From: Eledone cirrhosa
Lineage: Eukaryota
NCBI GenBank assembly: GCA_964016885.1
Contig: OZ024753.1
Coordinates: forward strand, 25,296,001-25,360,000
DNA length: 64,000 nucleotides
Direction: 5' to 3'
The notes below the pieces were generated by a model that saw only the letters and a list, made by a program, of their open reading frames with translations, searched no databases and was not told the DNA's origin. Both the position numbers and the translations under genes were made by a program. Positions 49,401 through 61,508 of the stretch are shown piece after piece. Positions within the stretch are counted from its first letter, which is position 1, and each line of letters begins with the position of its first letter.

Positions 49401-52400
49401 CTCCAGACAAGACATAGAAACATGATAGTAATAACTCCAACCAAGACATAGAAACATGATAATAATAACTCCAACCAAAATATAGAAACATGATAGTAAT
49501 AACTCCAACCAAGATATAGAAACATGACAGTAATAACTCCAACCAAGACATAGAAACATGATAGTAATAACACCAGTCAAGATATCGAAACATGATAGTA
49601 ATAACTCCAGTCAAGATATAGAAACATGATAGTAATAACTCCAGCCAAGACATAGAAACATGATAGTAATAACTCCAGTCAAGACATAGAAACATGATAG
49701 TAATAACTCCAGTCGAGACATAGAAACATGATAGTAATAACTCCAGTCAAGATATAGAAACATGATAGTAATAACTCCAGTCAAGATATAGAAACATGAT
49801 AGTAATAACTCCAGTCAAGACATAGAAACATGATAGTAATAACTCCAACCAAGACATAGAAACATGATAGTAATAACTCCAGTCTAGATATAGAAACATG
49901 ATAGTAATAACTCCAGTGAAGATATAGAAACATGATAGTAATACCTCCAACCAAGACATAGAAACAGGATCGTAATAACTCCAACCAAAATATGGAAACA
50001 TGATAGTAATAACTGCAATCAAGACATAGAAACAGAATAGTAATAACTCCAACCAAGACATAGAAACAGGATAGTAATAACTCCAACCAAGACATAGAAA
50101 CAGGATAGTAATAACTCCAACCAAGACATAGAAACAGGATAGTAGTAACTCCAGCCAAGATATAGAAACAGGATAGTAATAACTCCAACCAAGATATAGA
50201 AACAGGATAGTAATAACACCAACCAAGACATAGAAACAGGATAGTAATAACTCCAACCAAGACATAGAAACAGGATAGTAATAACTCCAGCCAGGATATA
50301 GAAACAGGATAGTAATAACTCCAACCAAGACATAGAAACAGGATAGTAATAACTCCAACCAAGATATAGAAACATGATATTAATAACTCCAACCAAGATA
50401 TAGACACAGGATATTAATAGCTCCAACCAAGACATAGAAATATGATAGTAATAACTCCAACCAAAATATGGAAACATGATAGTAATAACTGCAATCAAGA
50501 CATAGAAACAGGATAGTAATAACTCCAACCAAGACATAGAAACAGGATAGTAATAACTCCAACCAAGACATAGAAACAGGATAGTAATATCTCCAACCAA
50601 GACATAGAAACAGGATAGTAATAACTCCAGCCAAGATATAGAAACAGGATAGTAATAACTCCAACCAAGATATAGAAACAGGATAGTAATAACTCCAGCC
50701 AAGATATAGAAACAGGATAGTAATAACTCCAACCAAGACATAGAAACAGGATAGTAATAACTCCAACCAAGACATAGAAATAGGATAGTAATAACTCCAG
50801 CCAAGATATAGAAACAGGATAGTAATAACTCCAACCAAGATATAGAAACATGATAGTAATAACTCCAACCAAGACATAGAAACAGGATAGCAATAACTCC
50901 AACCAAGACATAGAAACAGGATAGTAATAACTCCAGACAAGACATAGAAACAGGATAGTAATAACTCCAGACAAGACATAGAAACATGATAGTAATAACT
51001 CCAACCAAGACATAGAAACATGATAATAATAACTCCAACCAAAATATAGAAACATGATAGTAATAACTCCAACCAAGATATAGAAACATGACAGTAATAA
51101 CTCCAACCAAGACATAGAAACATGATAGTAATAACACCAGTCAAGATATCGAAACATGATAGTAATAACTCCAGTCAAGATATAGAAACATGATAGTAAT
51201 AACTCCAGCCAAGACATAGAAACATGATAGTAATAACTCCAGTCAAGACATAGAAACATGATAGTAATAACTCCAGTCGAGACATAGAAACATGATAGTA
51301 ATAACTCCAGTCAAGATATAGAAACATGATAGTAATAACTCCAGTCAAGATATAGAAACATGATAGTAATAACTCCAGTCAAGACATAGAAACATGATAG
51401 TAATAACTCCAGTCGAGACATAGAAACATGATAGTAATAACTCCAGTCAAGATAAAGAAACATGATAGTAATAACTCCAGTCAAGATATAGAAACATGAT
51501 AGTAATAACTCCAGTCAAGACATAGAAACATGATAGTAATAACTCCAGTCGAGACATAGAAACATGATAGTAATAACTCCAGTCAAGATATAGAAACATG
51601 ATAGTAATAACTCCAATCAAGACATAGAAACATGATAGTAATAACTCCAGTCTAGATATAGAAACATGATAGTAATAACTCCAGTGAAGATATAGAAACA
51701 TGATAGTAATACCTCCAACCAAGACATAGAAACATGATAGTAATAACTCCAGTCAAGATATAGAAACATAATAGTAATAACTCCAATCAAGGTATAGAAA
51801 CATGATAGTAATAACTCCAGTCAAGATATAGAAACATGATAGTAATAACTCCAGCCAAGATATAGAAACATGATAGTAATAACTCCAACCAAGACATAGA
51901 AACATGATAGTAATAACTCCAACCAAGACATAGAAACATGATAGTAATAACTCCAACCAAGATATAGAAACATGATATTAATAACTCCAACCAAGATATC
52001 GACACAGGATATTAATAGCTCCAACCAAGACATAGAAATATGATAGTAATAACTCCAATCAAGACATAGAAACAGCATAGTAATAACTCCAGTCAAGACA
52101 TAGAAACATGATAGTAATAACTCCAACCAAGATATAGAAACATGATAGTAATAACTCCAGCCAAGATATAGAAACATGATAGTAATAACTGCAACCAAGA
52201 CATAGAAACATGATAGTAATAACTCCAACCAAGACATAGAAACATGATAGTAATAACTCCAACCAAGACATAGAAACAAGATAGTAATAACTCCAACCAA
52301 GATATAGAAACATGATAGTAATAACTCCAACCAAGACAAAGAAACAGGATAGTATTAACTCCAGACAAGACATAGAAACAGGATAGTAATAACTCCAGAC

Positions 52401-55400
52401 AAGACAGAGAAACATGATAGTAATAACTCCAACCAAGACATAGAAATAGGATAGTAATAACTCCAGTCAAGATATAGAAACATGATAGTAATAACTCCAG
52501 TCAAGATATAGAAACATGATAGTAATAACTCCAGTCAAGATATAAAAACATGATAGTAATAACTCCAACCAAGACATAGAAACATGATAGTAATAACTCC
52601 AGTCAAGATATAGAAACATGATAGTAATAACTCCAGTCAAGATATAGAAACATGATAGTAATAACTCCAGTCAAGATATAGAAACATGATAGTAATAACT
52701 CCAATCAAGACATAGAAACATAATAGTAATAACTCCAGTCAAGATATAGAAACATGATAGTAATAATTCCAGTCAAGATATAGAAACATGATAGTAATAA
52801 CTCCAACCAAGACATAGAAACATGGTAGTAATAACTCCAGTCAAGATATAGAAACATGATAGTAATAACTCGTCAAGATATAGAAACATGATAGTAAAAA
52901 CTCCACTCAAGATATAGAAACATGATGGTAATAACTCCAGTCAAGATATAGAAACATGATAGTAATAACTCCAACCAAGATATAGAAACATGATAGTAAT
53001 AACTCCAGCCAAGATATAGAAACAGGATAGTAATAACTCCAACCGAGACATAGAAACAGGATAGTAATAACTCCAACCAAGATATAGAAACATGATAGTA
53101 ATAACTCCAGTCAAGATATAGAAAAATGATAGTAATAACTCCAGTGAAGATATAGAAACATGATAGTAATAACTCCAACCAAGACATAGAAACAGGATAG
53201 TATTAACTCCAGACAAGACATAGAAACAGGATAGTAATAACTGCAACCAAGACACAGAAATAGGATAGTAATAACTCCAGGCAAGACATAGAAACAGTAT
53301 AGTAATAACTCCAGACAAGACAGAGAAACATGATAGTAATAACTGCAGACAAGATATAGAAACATGATAGTAATAACTCCAACCAAGATATAGAAACATG
53401 ATAGTAATAACTCCAACCAAGACTGAGAAACATGATAATAATAACTCCAACCAAGACATAGAAACAGGACAGTAATAACTCCAACCAAGACACAGAAACA
53501 TGATAGTAATAACTCCAGTCAAGATATAGAAACATGATAGTAATAACTCCAGTCAAGATATAGAAACATGATAGTAATAACTCCAGTCAAGATATAGAAA
53601 TATGATAGTAATAACTCCAACCAAGACATAGAAACATGACAGTAATAACTGCAACCAAGATATAGAAACATGATAGTAATAACTCCAACCAAGATATAGA
53701 AACAGGATAGTAATAACTCCAACCAAGATATAGAAACATGATAGTAATAACTCCAACCAAGACATAGAAACATGACAGTAATAACTCCAACCAAGACATA
53801 GAAACATGATAGTAATAACTCCAACCAAGATATAGAAACATGATAGTAATAACTCCAACCAAGATATAGAAACATGACAGTAATAACTTCAACCAAGACA
53901 TAGAAACATGACAGTAATAACTCCAACCAAGACATAGAAACATGATAGTAATAACTCCAACCAAGATATAGAAACATGATAGTAATAACTCCAACCAAGA
54001 CATAGAAACATGACAGTAATAACTCCAACCAAGATATAGAAACATGATAGTAATAACTCCAACCAAGATATAGAAACATGATAGTAATAACTCCAACCAA
54101 GATATAGAAACATGATAGTAATAACTCCAACCAAGGTATAGAAACAGGATAGTAATAATTCCAACCAAGTTATAGAAACATGATAGTAATAACTCCAACC
54201 AAGATATAGAAACAGGATAGTAATAACTCCAACCAAGATATAGAAACAGGATAGTAATAACTCCAACCAAAATATAGAAACAGGATAGTAATAACTCCAA
54301 CTAAGACATAGTAAAATGATAGTAATAACTCCAACCAAGATATAGAAACATGATAGTAATAACTCCAACCAAGACATAGAAACATGACAGTAATAACTCC
54401 AACCAAGACATAGAAACATGATAGTAATAACTCCAACGAAGATATAGAAACATGATAGTAATAACTCCAACCAAGATATAGAAACATGACAGTAATAACT
54501 CCAACCAAGACATAGAAACATGACAGTAATAACTCCAACCAAGACATAGAAACATGATAGTAATAACTCCAACCAAGATATAGAAACATGATAGTAATAA
54601 CTCCAACCAAGACATAGAAACATGACAGTAATAACTCCAACCAAGATATAGAAACATGATAGTAATCACTCCAACCAAGATATAGAAACATGATAGTAAT
54701 AACTCCAACCAAGATATAGAAACATGATAGTAATAACTCCAACCAAGATATAGAAACAGGATAGTAATAATTCCAACCAAGTTATAAAAACATGATAGTA
54801 ATAACTCCAACCAAGATATAGAAACATGATAGTAATAACTCCAACCAAGACATAGAAACATGACAGTAATAACTCCAACCAAGACATAGAAACATGATAG
54901 TAATAACTCCAACCAAGATATAGAAACATGATAGTAATAACTCCAACCAAGATATAGAAACAGGACAGTAATAACTCCAACCAAGACATAGAAACATGAC
55001 AGTAATAACTCCAACCAAGACATAGAAACATGATAGTAATAACTCCAACCAAGATATAGAAACATGATAGTAATAACTCCAACCAAGACATAGAAACATG
55101 ACAGTAATAACTCCAACCAAGATATAGAAACATGACAGTAATAACTCCAACCAAGATATAGAAACATGATAGTAATAACTCCAGTCAAGAGATAGAAACA
55201 TGATAGTAATAACTCCAACCAAGAAATAGAAACATGATAGTAATAACTCCAACCAAGACAGAGAAACATGATAGTAATAACTCCAACCAAGACATAGAAA
55301 CAGTATAGTAATAACTCCAGACAAGACATAGAAACAGGATAGTAATAACTCCAGTCAAGATATAGAAACATGATAGTAATAACTCCAGTCAAGATATAGA

Positions 55401-56787
55401 AACATGATAGTAATAACTCCAGTCAAGATATAGAAACAGGATAGTAATAACTCCAACCAAGACATAGAAACATGACAGTAATAACTCCAACCAAGATATA
55501 GAAATATGATAGTAATAACTCCAACCAAGATATAGAAACATGACAGTAATAACTCCAACCAAGACATAGAAACATGATAGTAATAACTCCAGTCAAGATA
55601 TAGAAACATGATAGTAATAACCCCAATCAAGATATAGAAACAGGATAGTAATAACTCCAACCAAGATATAGAAACATGATATTAATAACTCCAACCAAGA
55701 CATAGAAACATGACAGTAATAATTCCAACCAAGATATAGAAACATGATAGTAATAACTCCAACCAAGATATAGAAACATGATAGTAATAACTCCAACCAA
55801 GATATAGAAACATGACAGTAATAACTCCAACCAAGGCATAGAAACATGATATTAATAACTCCAGTCAAGATATAGAAACATGATAGTAATAATTCCAACC
55901 AAGATATAGAAACATGATAGTAATAACTCCAACCAAGATATAGAAACATGATAGTAATAACTCCAGTCAAGATATAGAAACATGACAGTAATAACTCCAA
56001 CCAAGACATAGAAACAGGATAGTAATAACTCCAGTCAAGATATAGAAACATGATAGTAATAACTCCAATCAAGACATAGAAACATTATAGTAATAACTCC
56101 AGTCAAGAGATGGAAACATGATAGTAATAACTCCAACCAAGACATAGAAACATGATAGTAATAACTCCAGTCAAGGTATAGAAACATGATAGTAATAACT
56201 CCAGTCAAGATATAGAAACATGATAGTAACAACTCCAGTCAAGCAATAGAAACATGATAGTAATAACTCCAACCAAGACATAGAAACATGATAGTAATAA
56301 CTCCAGTCAAGATATAGAAACATGATAGTAATAACTCCAGTCAAGATATAGAAACATGATAGTAATAGCTCCAGTCAAGATATAGAAACATGATAGTAAT
56401 AACTCCAACCAAGACATAGAAACATGATAGTAATAACTCCAGTCAAGATATAGAAACATGATAGTAATAACTCCAACCAAGACATAGAAACATGATAGTA
56501 ATAACTCCAGTCAAGATATAGAAACATGATAGTAATAACTCCAGTCAAGATATAGAAACATGATAGTAATAACTCCAATCAAGACATAGAAACATTATAG
56601 TAATAACTCCAGTCAAGAGATAGAAACATGATAGTAATAACTCCAACCATGATATAGAAACATGATAGTAATAACTCCAGTCAAGGTATAGAAACATGAT
56701 AGTAATAACTCCAACCAAGACATAGAAACATGATAGTAATAACTCCAACCAAGACATAGAAACATGATAGTAATAACTCAGTCAAGA

Positions 56788-57870
56788 TATTACTATCCTG
56801 TGTCTATGTCTTGGTTGGAGTCATTACTATCATGTTTCTATATCTTGGTTGGAGTTATTACTATCATGTTTCTATGTCTTGGTTGGAGTTATTACTATCA
56901 TGTTTCTATATCTTGGTTGGAGCTATTACTGTCCTGTTTCTATGTCTTGGCTGGAGTTATTACTATCCTGTTTCTATGTCTTGGCTGGAGTTATTACTAT
57001 CATGTTTCTATGTCTTGGCTGGAGTTATTACTATCATGTTTCTATGTTTTGGTTCGAGTTATTACTATCCTGTTTCTATGTCTTGGCTGGAGTTATTACT
57101 ATCCTGTTTCTATGTCTTGGCTGGAGTTATTACTATCATGTTTTTATAACTTGGTTGGAATTATTACTATCCTGTTTCTATATCTTGGTTGGAGTTATTA
57201 CTATCATGTTTCTATATCTTGGTTGGAGTTATTACTATCATGTTTCTATATCTTGGTTGGAGTGATTACTATCATGTTTCTATATCTTGGTTGGAGTTAT
57301 TACTGTCATGTTTCTATGTCTTGGTTGGAGTTATTACTATCATGTTTCTATATCTTGGTTGGAGTTATTACTATCATGTTTCTATGTCTTGGTTGGAGTT
57401 ATTACTGTCATGTTTCTATGTCTTGGTTGGAGTTATTACTATCATGTCTCTATGTCTTGGTTCGAGTTATTACTATCATGTTTCTATATCTTGACTGGAG
57501 TTATTACTATCCTGTTTCTAAGTCTTGACTGGAGTTATTACTATCCTGTTTCTCTGTCTTGGCTGGAGTTATTACTATCCTGTTTCTATATCTTGACTGG
57601 AGTTATTACTATCCTGTTTCTATGTCTTGGTTGGAGTTATTACTATCATGTTTCTATATCTTGACTGGAGTTATTACTATCCTGTTTCTATGTCTTGACT
57701 GGAGTTATTACTATCCTGTTTCTATGTCTTGGCTGGAGTTATTACTATCCTGTTTCTATGTCTTGGCTGGAGTTATTACTATCATGTTTCTATATCTTGA
57801 CTGGAGTTATTACTATCATGTTTATATACCTTGCCTGGAGTTATTACTATCATGTTTCTATATCTTGGTT
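56788..57870 (-). repeat. Same 34-bp satellite in inverted orientation (~32 monomers)
   Basis: Sequence switches from ...gtcaagatat to tactatcctgtgtctatgtcttggttggag..., the reverse complement of the monomer. Satellite-derived ORFs flip to the + strand here. Confidence 0.97.
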
Positions 57871-57897
57871 ATCTTATGTTGTTTATTACATAACTAC

Positions 57898-57931
<34 letters not shown>

Positions 57932-57942
57932 CTGTGTGTGTG
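57898..57942. repeat. (AT)n(GT)n compound microsatellite
   Basis: atatatatatatatatatatatgtgtgtgtgtgtctgtgtgtgtg. Confidence 0.95.
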
Positions 57943-58185
57943 TAACTTACAATTAGAAGCCAAAGTGCTGCAATGAGTTTCATCTATCAATTCATCCTTC
58001 TCACTTTTGTCGACCAGTTTCTGGTCCTAGTCGATTGCCGCCAAATCTCGGGATGAGGTGCTATTTGCCTCCTTCCGCAGTTAATTCTTTTTTGAAAGTG
58101 GTAGGTGTAATTTACCTGCCATTTCTATTAAATCTAGTTACCAGCCAGATGGTCATTAGTTAGCTAGCAGGGAGTACAGGGTAGT

Positions 58186-58294
58186 CTGTGTATATGTATG
58201 TGTGTGTGTGAGAATGAGAGAGAGTGTGTGTGTTGTGTGTATATGTGTGTGAGTGAGTATGTGTGTGAGTGTGTATGTGTGTATATGTGTATGT
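58186..58294. repeat. Degenerate (TG)n/(GA)n microsatellite
   Basis: Interrupted tgtg/gaga/tatg runs. Confidence 0.9.
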
Positions 58295-58339
58295 ATTATT
58301 GTATGTTTATTGTTAATATACAAAAGCAATACAGAAGCA

Positions 58340-58507
58340 GTCGAAGGAGAGTCGTCTGAAAAGTTGATAGGCTGACTAAGATACTCTCATATAATAACTA
58401 AATGGTGTTTATTTTTCAACATAGTTCCTAGAAAGAAACAACCCAGGTTGAAACTAATGCATCTTTCATCCATAGTCAGCCTATGAACTTTTCAGCCGAG
58501 CCTCGTA
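58340..58507. mobile_element. Small non-autonomous Tc1/mariner-type MITE (~165 bp)
   Basis: Inverted repeats tcgtctgaaaagttgataggctgacta (58352-58378) and tagtcagcctatgaacttttcagccga (58473-58499) match at 25/27. The right end ...gcctcg-TA resembles mariner TA-CGAGG termini; the left terminus is degenerate. Confidence 0.7.
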
Positions 58508-59636
58508 CATTTATTCTGAGTGAATGTCTAGAATATTCCCAGGTTAGTTCTACAATTGCTCTGCAGAAGTGTAATATAGGCTTTCTCCTGTTTTCCGTTA
58601 TGCCTAAAAAAGCAGTATTTTCGATTATTTAAAAAAAAGGTTCTGTTTTCTAGAAACGAGGCTGAATTGTTGCATAACTTTAAGTCGTTGAACCTTAGAA
58701 ATCTATTATACTTTATATTCAAGTAATGAGTTTACACAATTAACCGAATTAAGAATAATCTAATAAATGAAACCGGATGATTATCATTACCTACACAATA
58801 GTATAGAATTTGGTTATTTTATAATTTTGCTTAAATATCGATTCTGAATAGATTTTATGGTATCTAAAAAAAATTTTTTTACATAATGTTCCTTTATTTC
58901 TAGGATAAAATTACATAGAAATAATAAATTATTTAATATTTGGTGAAACATAAAATAAAAGAATGTGGCATTGTAAAGTACTATAAAGGTGAGGAAAAGG
59001 AGGGAAAGGGCAAAGATTATTGAGCAATGAAAGAAATGGCGAAGGGGGGAAGGTGATAGATTCTACATTTAGGTTAGAGCGGTATTTCGACTACACATCA
59101 CGGTCTGGCAAAGGTAATTCTGCGGACAACAACCTGCGACAGCTGCTTTAATAGCCACGGCAACCAACTCGTAGGGTTCCTCATTCTCGGATAATAATTG
59201 CCAAATCTCACTCTAAAAGATCTCATAGCTTAGTACCTCAGCCATTGTCTAAATCCTGCTCTCTATTTTTACATTCTTTATTGCCATACACTACACGACT
59301 TATTAAGGGGGAGGGAGATCAATATTTTATCAATAAATCAATAAGATCTTTCAGAAAGTCTATATAAATTGCTTACACCGAGGTAATATAATCTCTCAGT
59401 ATTACAATTAAGAATATGTATCGGGCATAAACTAAACAGCGAATATATATATATACTGGATAACAGGTTATCGTTATAGGCAGTCCACTTAGATGTAGTC
59501 CAGTTAGAGTACTCCGTGTAGTGGATGGTATTAACGTGTGGCTTAGTTTGACTCAACAAGACGTTTCCATAGTGATGCTGCGAGTTAAAATAATAGCATC
59601 AATATAATTAAGAAATAGAGTATAATGATGAATATT

Positions 59637-60447
59637 ACATGATAGTAATAACTCCAGTCAAGACATAGAAACATGATAGTGATAACTCCAACCAAGACAT
59701 AGAAACATGATAGAAATAACTCCAGCCAAGATATAGAAACAGGATAGTAATAACTCCAACCAAGACATAGAAACAGGATAGTAATAACTCCAGCCAAGAC
59801 ATAGAAACAAGATAGTAATAACTCCAACCAAGACATAGAAACATGATAGTAATAACTCCAACCAAGACATAGAAACATGATAGTAATAACTCCAACCAAG
59901 ACATAGAAACATGATAGTAATAACTCCAGCCAAGATATAGAAACAGGATAGTAATAACTCCAACCAAGACATAGAAACAGGATAGTAATAACTCCAGCCA
60001 AGACATAGAAACAAGATAGTAATAACTCCAACCAAAATATAGAAACATGATAGTAATAACTCCAACCAAGACATAGAAACAGGATAGTAATAACTACAGC
60101 CAAGACATAGAAACATGATAGTAATAACTCCAACCAAAATATAGAAACATGATAGTAATAACTCCAACCAAGACATAGAAACAGGATAGTAATAACTCCA
60201 GCCAAGACATCGAAACAAGATAGTAATAACTCCAGCCAAGACATAGAAACATGATAGTAATAACTCCAACCAAGACATAGAAACAAGATAGTAATAACTC
60301 CAGCCAAGACATAGAAACATGATAGTAATAACTCCAGTCAAGACATAGAAACATGATAGTAATAACTCCAACCAAGACATAGAAACATGATAGTAATAAC
60401 TCCAACCAAGACATAGAAACATGATAGTAATAACTCCAACCAAGACA
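59637..60447 (+). repeat. Second block of the 34-bp satellite (~24 monomers), same polarity as the main array
   Basis: Runs from acatgatagtaataactcc... to ...ccaaccaagaca; enriched in cagcc and aacaagatag variants. Confidence 0.97.
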
Positions 60448-61508
60448 GTTAGAGATGCCTACTGACTGTAGTAGGTTTTACTTTGTATTTATGTAAGGCG
60501 GGTCTTCTCTATTACTGAGTACCGCCAAAGGTCTCGGTCCAGTGACATTGTCTTGGAGAGGTGTAAGTGTGTGAGGTTGGAATTTATCAGCTCGTCCCAG
60601 GTTTTTCTGGGTCTGCCTACTCCGTAGCTACCGTCTATCTTTATTGCCCTGCACTTTGTTATACAGCTGTCGTCTTTCATGCGCATCACGTGACCATACC
60701 AACGTAGCCTTCTCTCGAGTAAACAACATCTGATCCCTCTTATTTCTAATTTTTTCCTTAGTTCGTTTATGCTTTGCCGTTCACGTATATTACTATTACA
60801 CATCCAGTGGAGCATGCAAGCTTCGTTCCTCTCTAGTCTCCGTATATTCTCTGCACACAATGCCCAGGTCTCACTGCCATGCAACATTGCTGTTCGTATG
60901 CAGGCATCATACAACCTGCCTTTCATTTTTAGGGAGAACCCTTTAGCGGCTAATAGTGGTATAAGCTCTCTGAACTTTTTCTATCCAGTTCTGACTCTAG
61001 CTACTGTACTTTCAGAGCACCCTCCTCCACTGCTGATTTTGTCACCCAGGTAACGGAAGCTGTCCACTATTTCTATAGAACCCTCTGCGCAATTGAAAGA
61101 GCTAGTATTTTGTGGGCACTTGCTGCCACTTATTGCACCAGAGCACCGGCCACATGTAAAATCTATGTTCTTAGTTAGCTTACCTGTGATCCCACTACAT
61201 CTTTTATGCACCCATACTTTGCATTTGGGACATAAAATGGAGTTTCTACCTACGCCTTTCCTACACACTGAGCATGGCCATTTCCCGGAAGGGACCGGCG
61301 CCTTATTTTCTTTCCTACAAACTAGAACTTTAGTCTTAGCCAGGTTAATTTTAAGGCCTTTTGATTCTAGGCCGTGCTTCCATGTTTGGAATTTCTTCTC
61401 TAGCTCGGCCATTGATTCAGCTATGAGCGTTAGATCATCTGCGTATAGGAGTTCCCATGGGCAGCCGGTCTTGAACTCCACTGTTATAGCCTGAAGGGCA
61501 ATAATAAA
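60448..61508 (-). mobile_element. 5'-truncated non-LTR retrotransposon (RTE-like LINE), 3' ~1.06 kb
   Basis: RT C-terminal motifs ELLYADDL, GLKINLAKTKV and FRYLG, followed by RTE-type C-terminal motifs LHGSETW, RRLRWYGHVMR and GRPRKTW. About 40 nt of 3' UTR with a hairpin cctact-N6-agtagg (60458-60475). Confidence 0.88.
60489..61508 (-). pseudogene. LINE ORF2 fragment (RT C-terminal half with inserted PHD-type zinc finger), one in-frame nonsense codon
   Basis: ORFs 60981..61553 and 60489..60926 are in the same frame and read RVRTG*KKFRELIPLL across TAG at 60981-60983 (probably TGG>TAG). YADD is at 61434-61445. Confidence 0.88.

Larger units (their letters stand above)
1..56790 (+). repeat. 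34-bp tandem satellite array (~1,670 monomers), open at the left edge of the window
   Basis: Unit caagatatagaaacatgatagtaataactccaac (34 nt) repeats continuously. Phase is conserved from 'caag' at 3 to 'caag' at 16561 (16558 = 487x34). Strong strand asymmetry: + strand A/C-rich, - strand G/T-rich. Confidence 0.99.

Noticed and set aside
1-56790. CRISPR-like array (repeat length in the CRISPR range)
   Set aside because: No unique spacers, since monomers are directly adjacent; no cas genes; the context is eukaryotic retroelements.
57985-58180. Possible SINE remnant in the spacer
   Set aside because: No clear A/B boxes, tail or TSD; cannot be supported without a database search.
58528-59559. 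Short ORFs 58528..58722 and 59338..59559 in the spacer
   Set aside because: Short, AT-rich, no motifs; consistent with chance.
1090-60443. Hundreds of overlapping hydrophobic ORFs (WLELLLSCFYILVGVITIMFLYLGWSYYYHVSIS repeats, up to 544 aa)
   Set aside because: A 34-bp unit gives the same 34-aa repeat (3 monomers) in all three frames. The T-rich strand lacks stops except where the tca variants create TGA. The ORFs flip strand with the inversion and show no sign of coding constraint.
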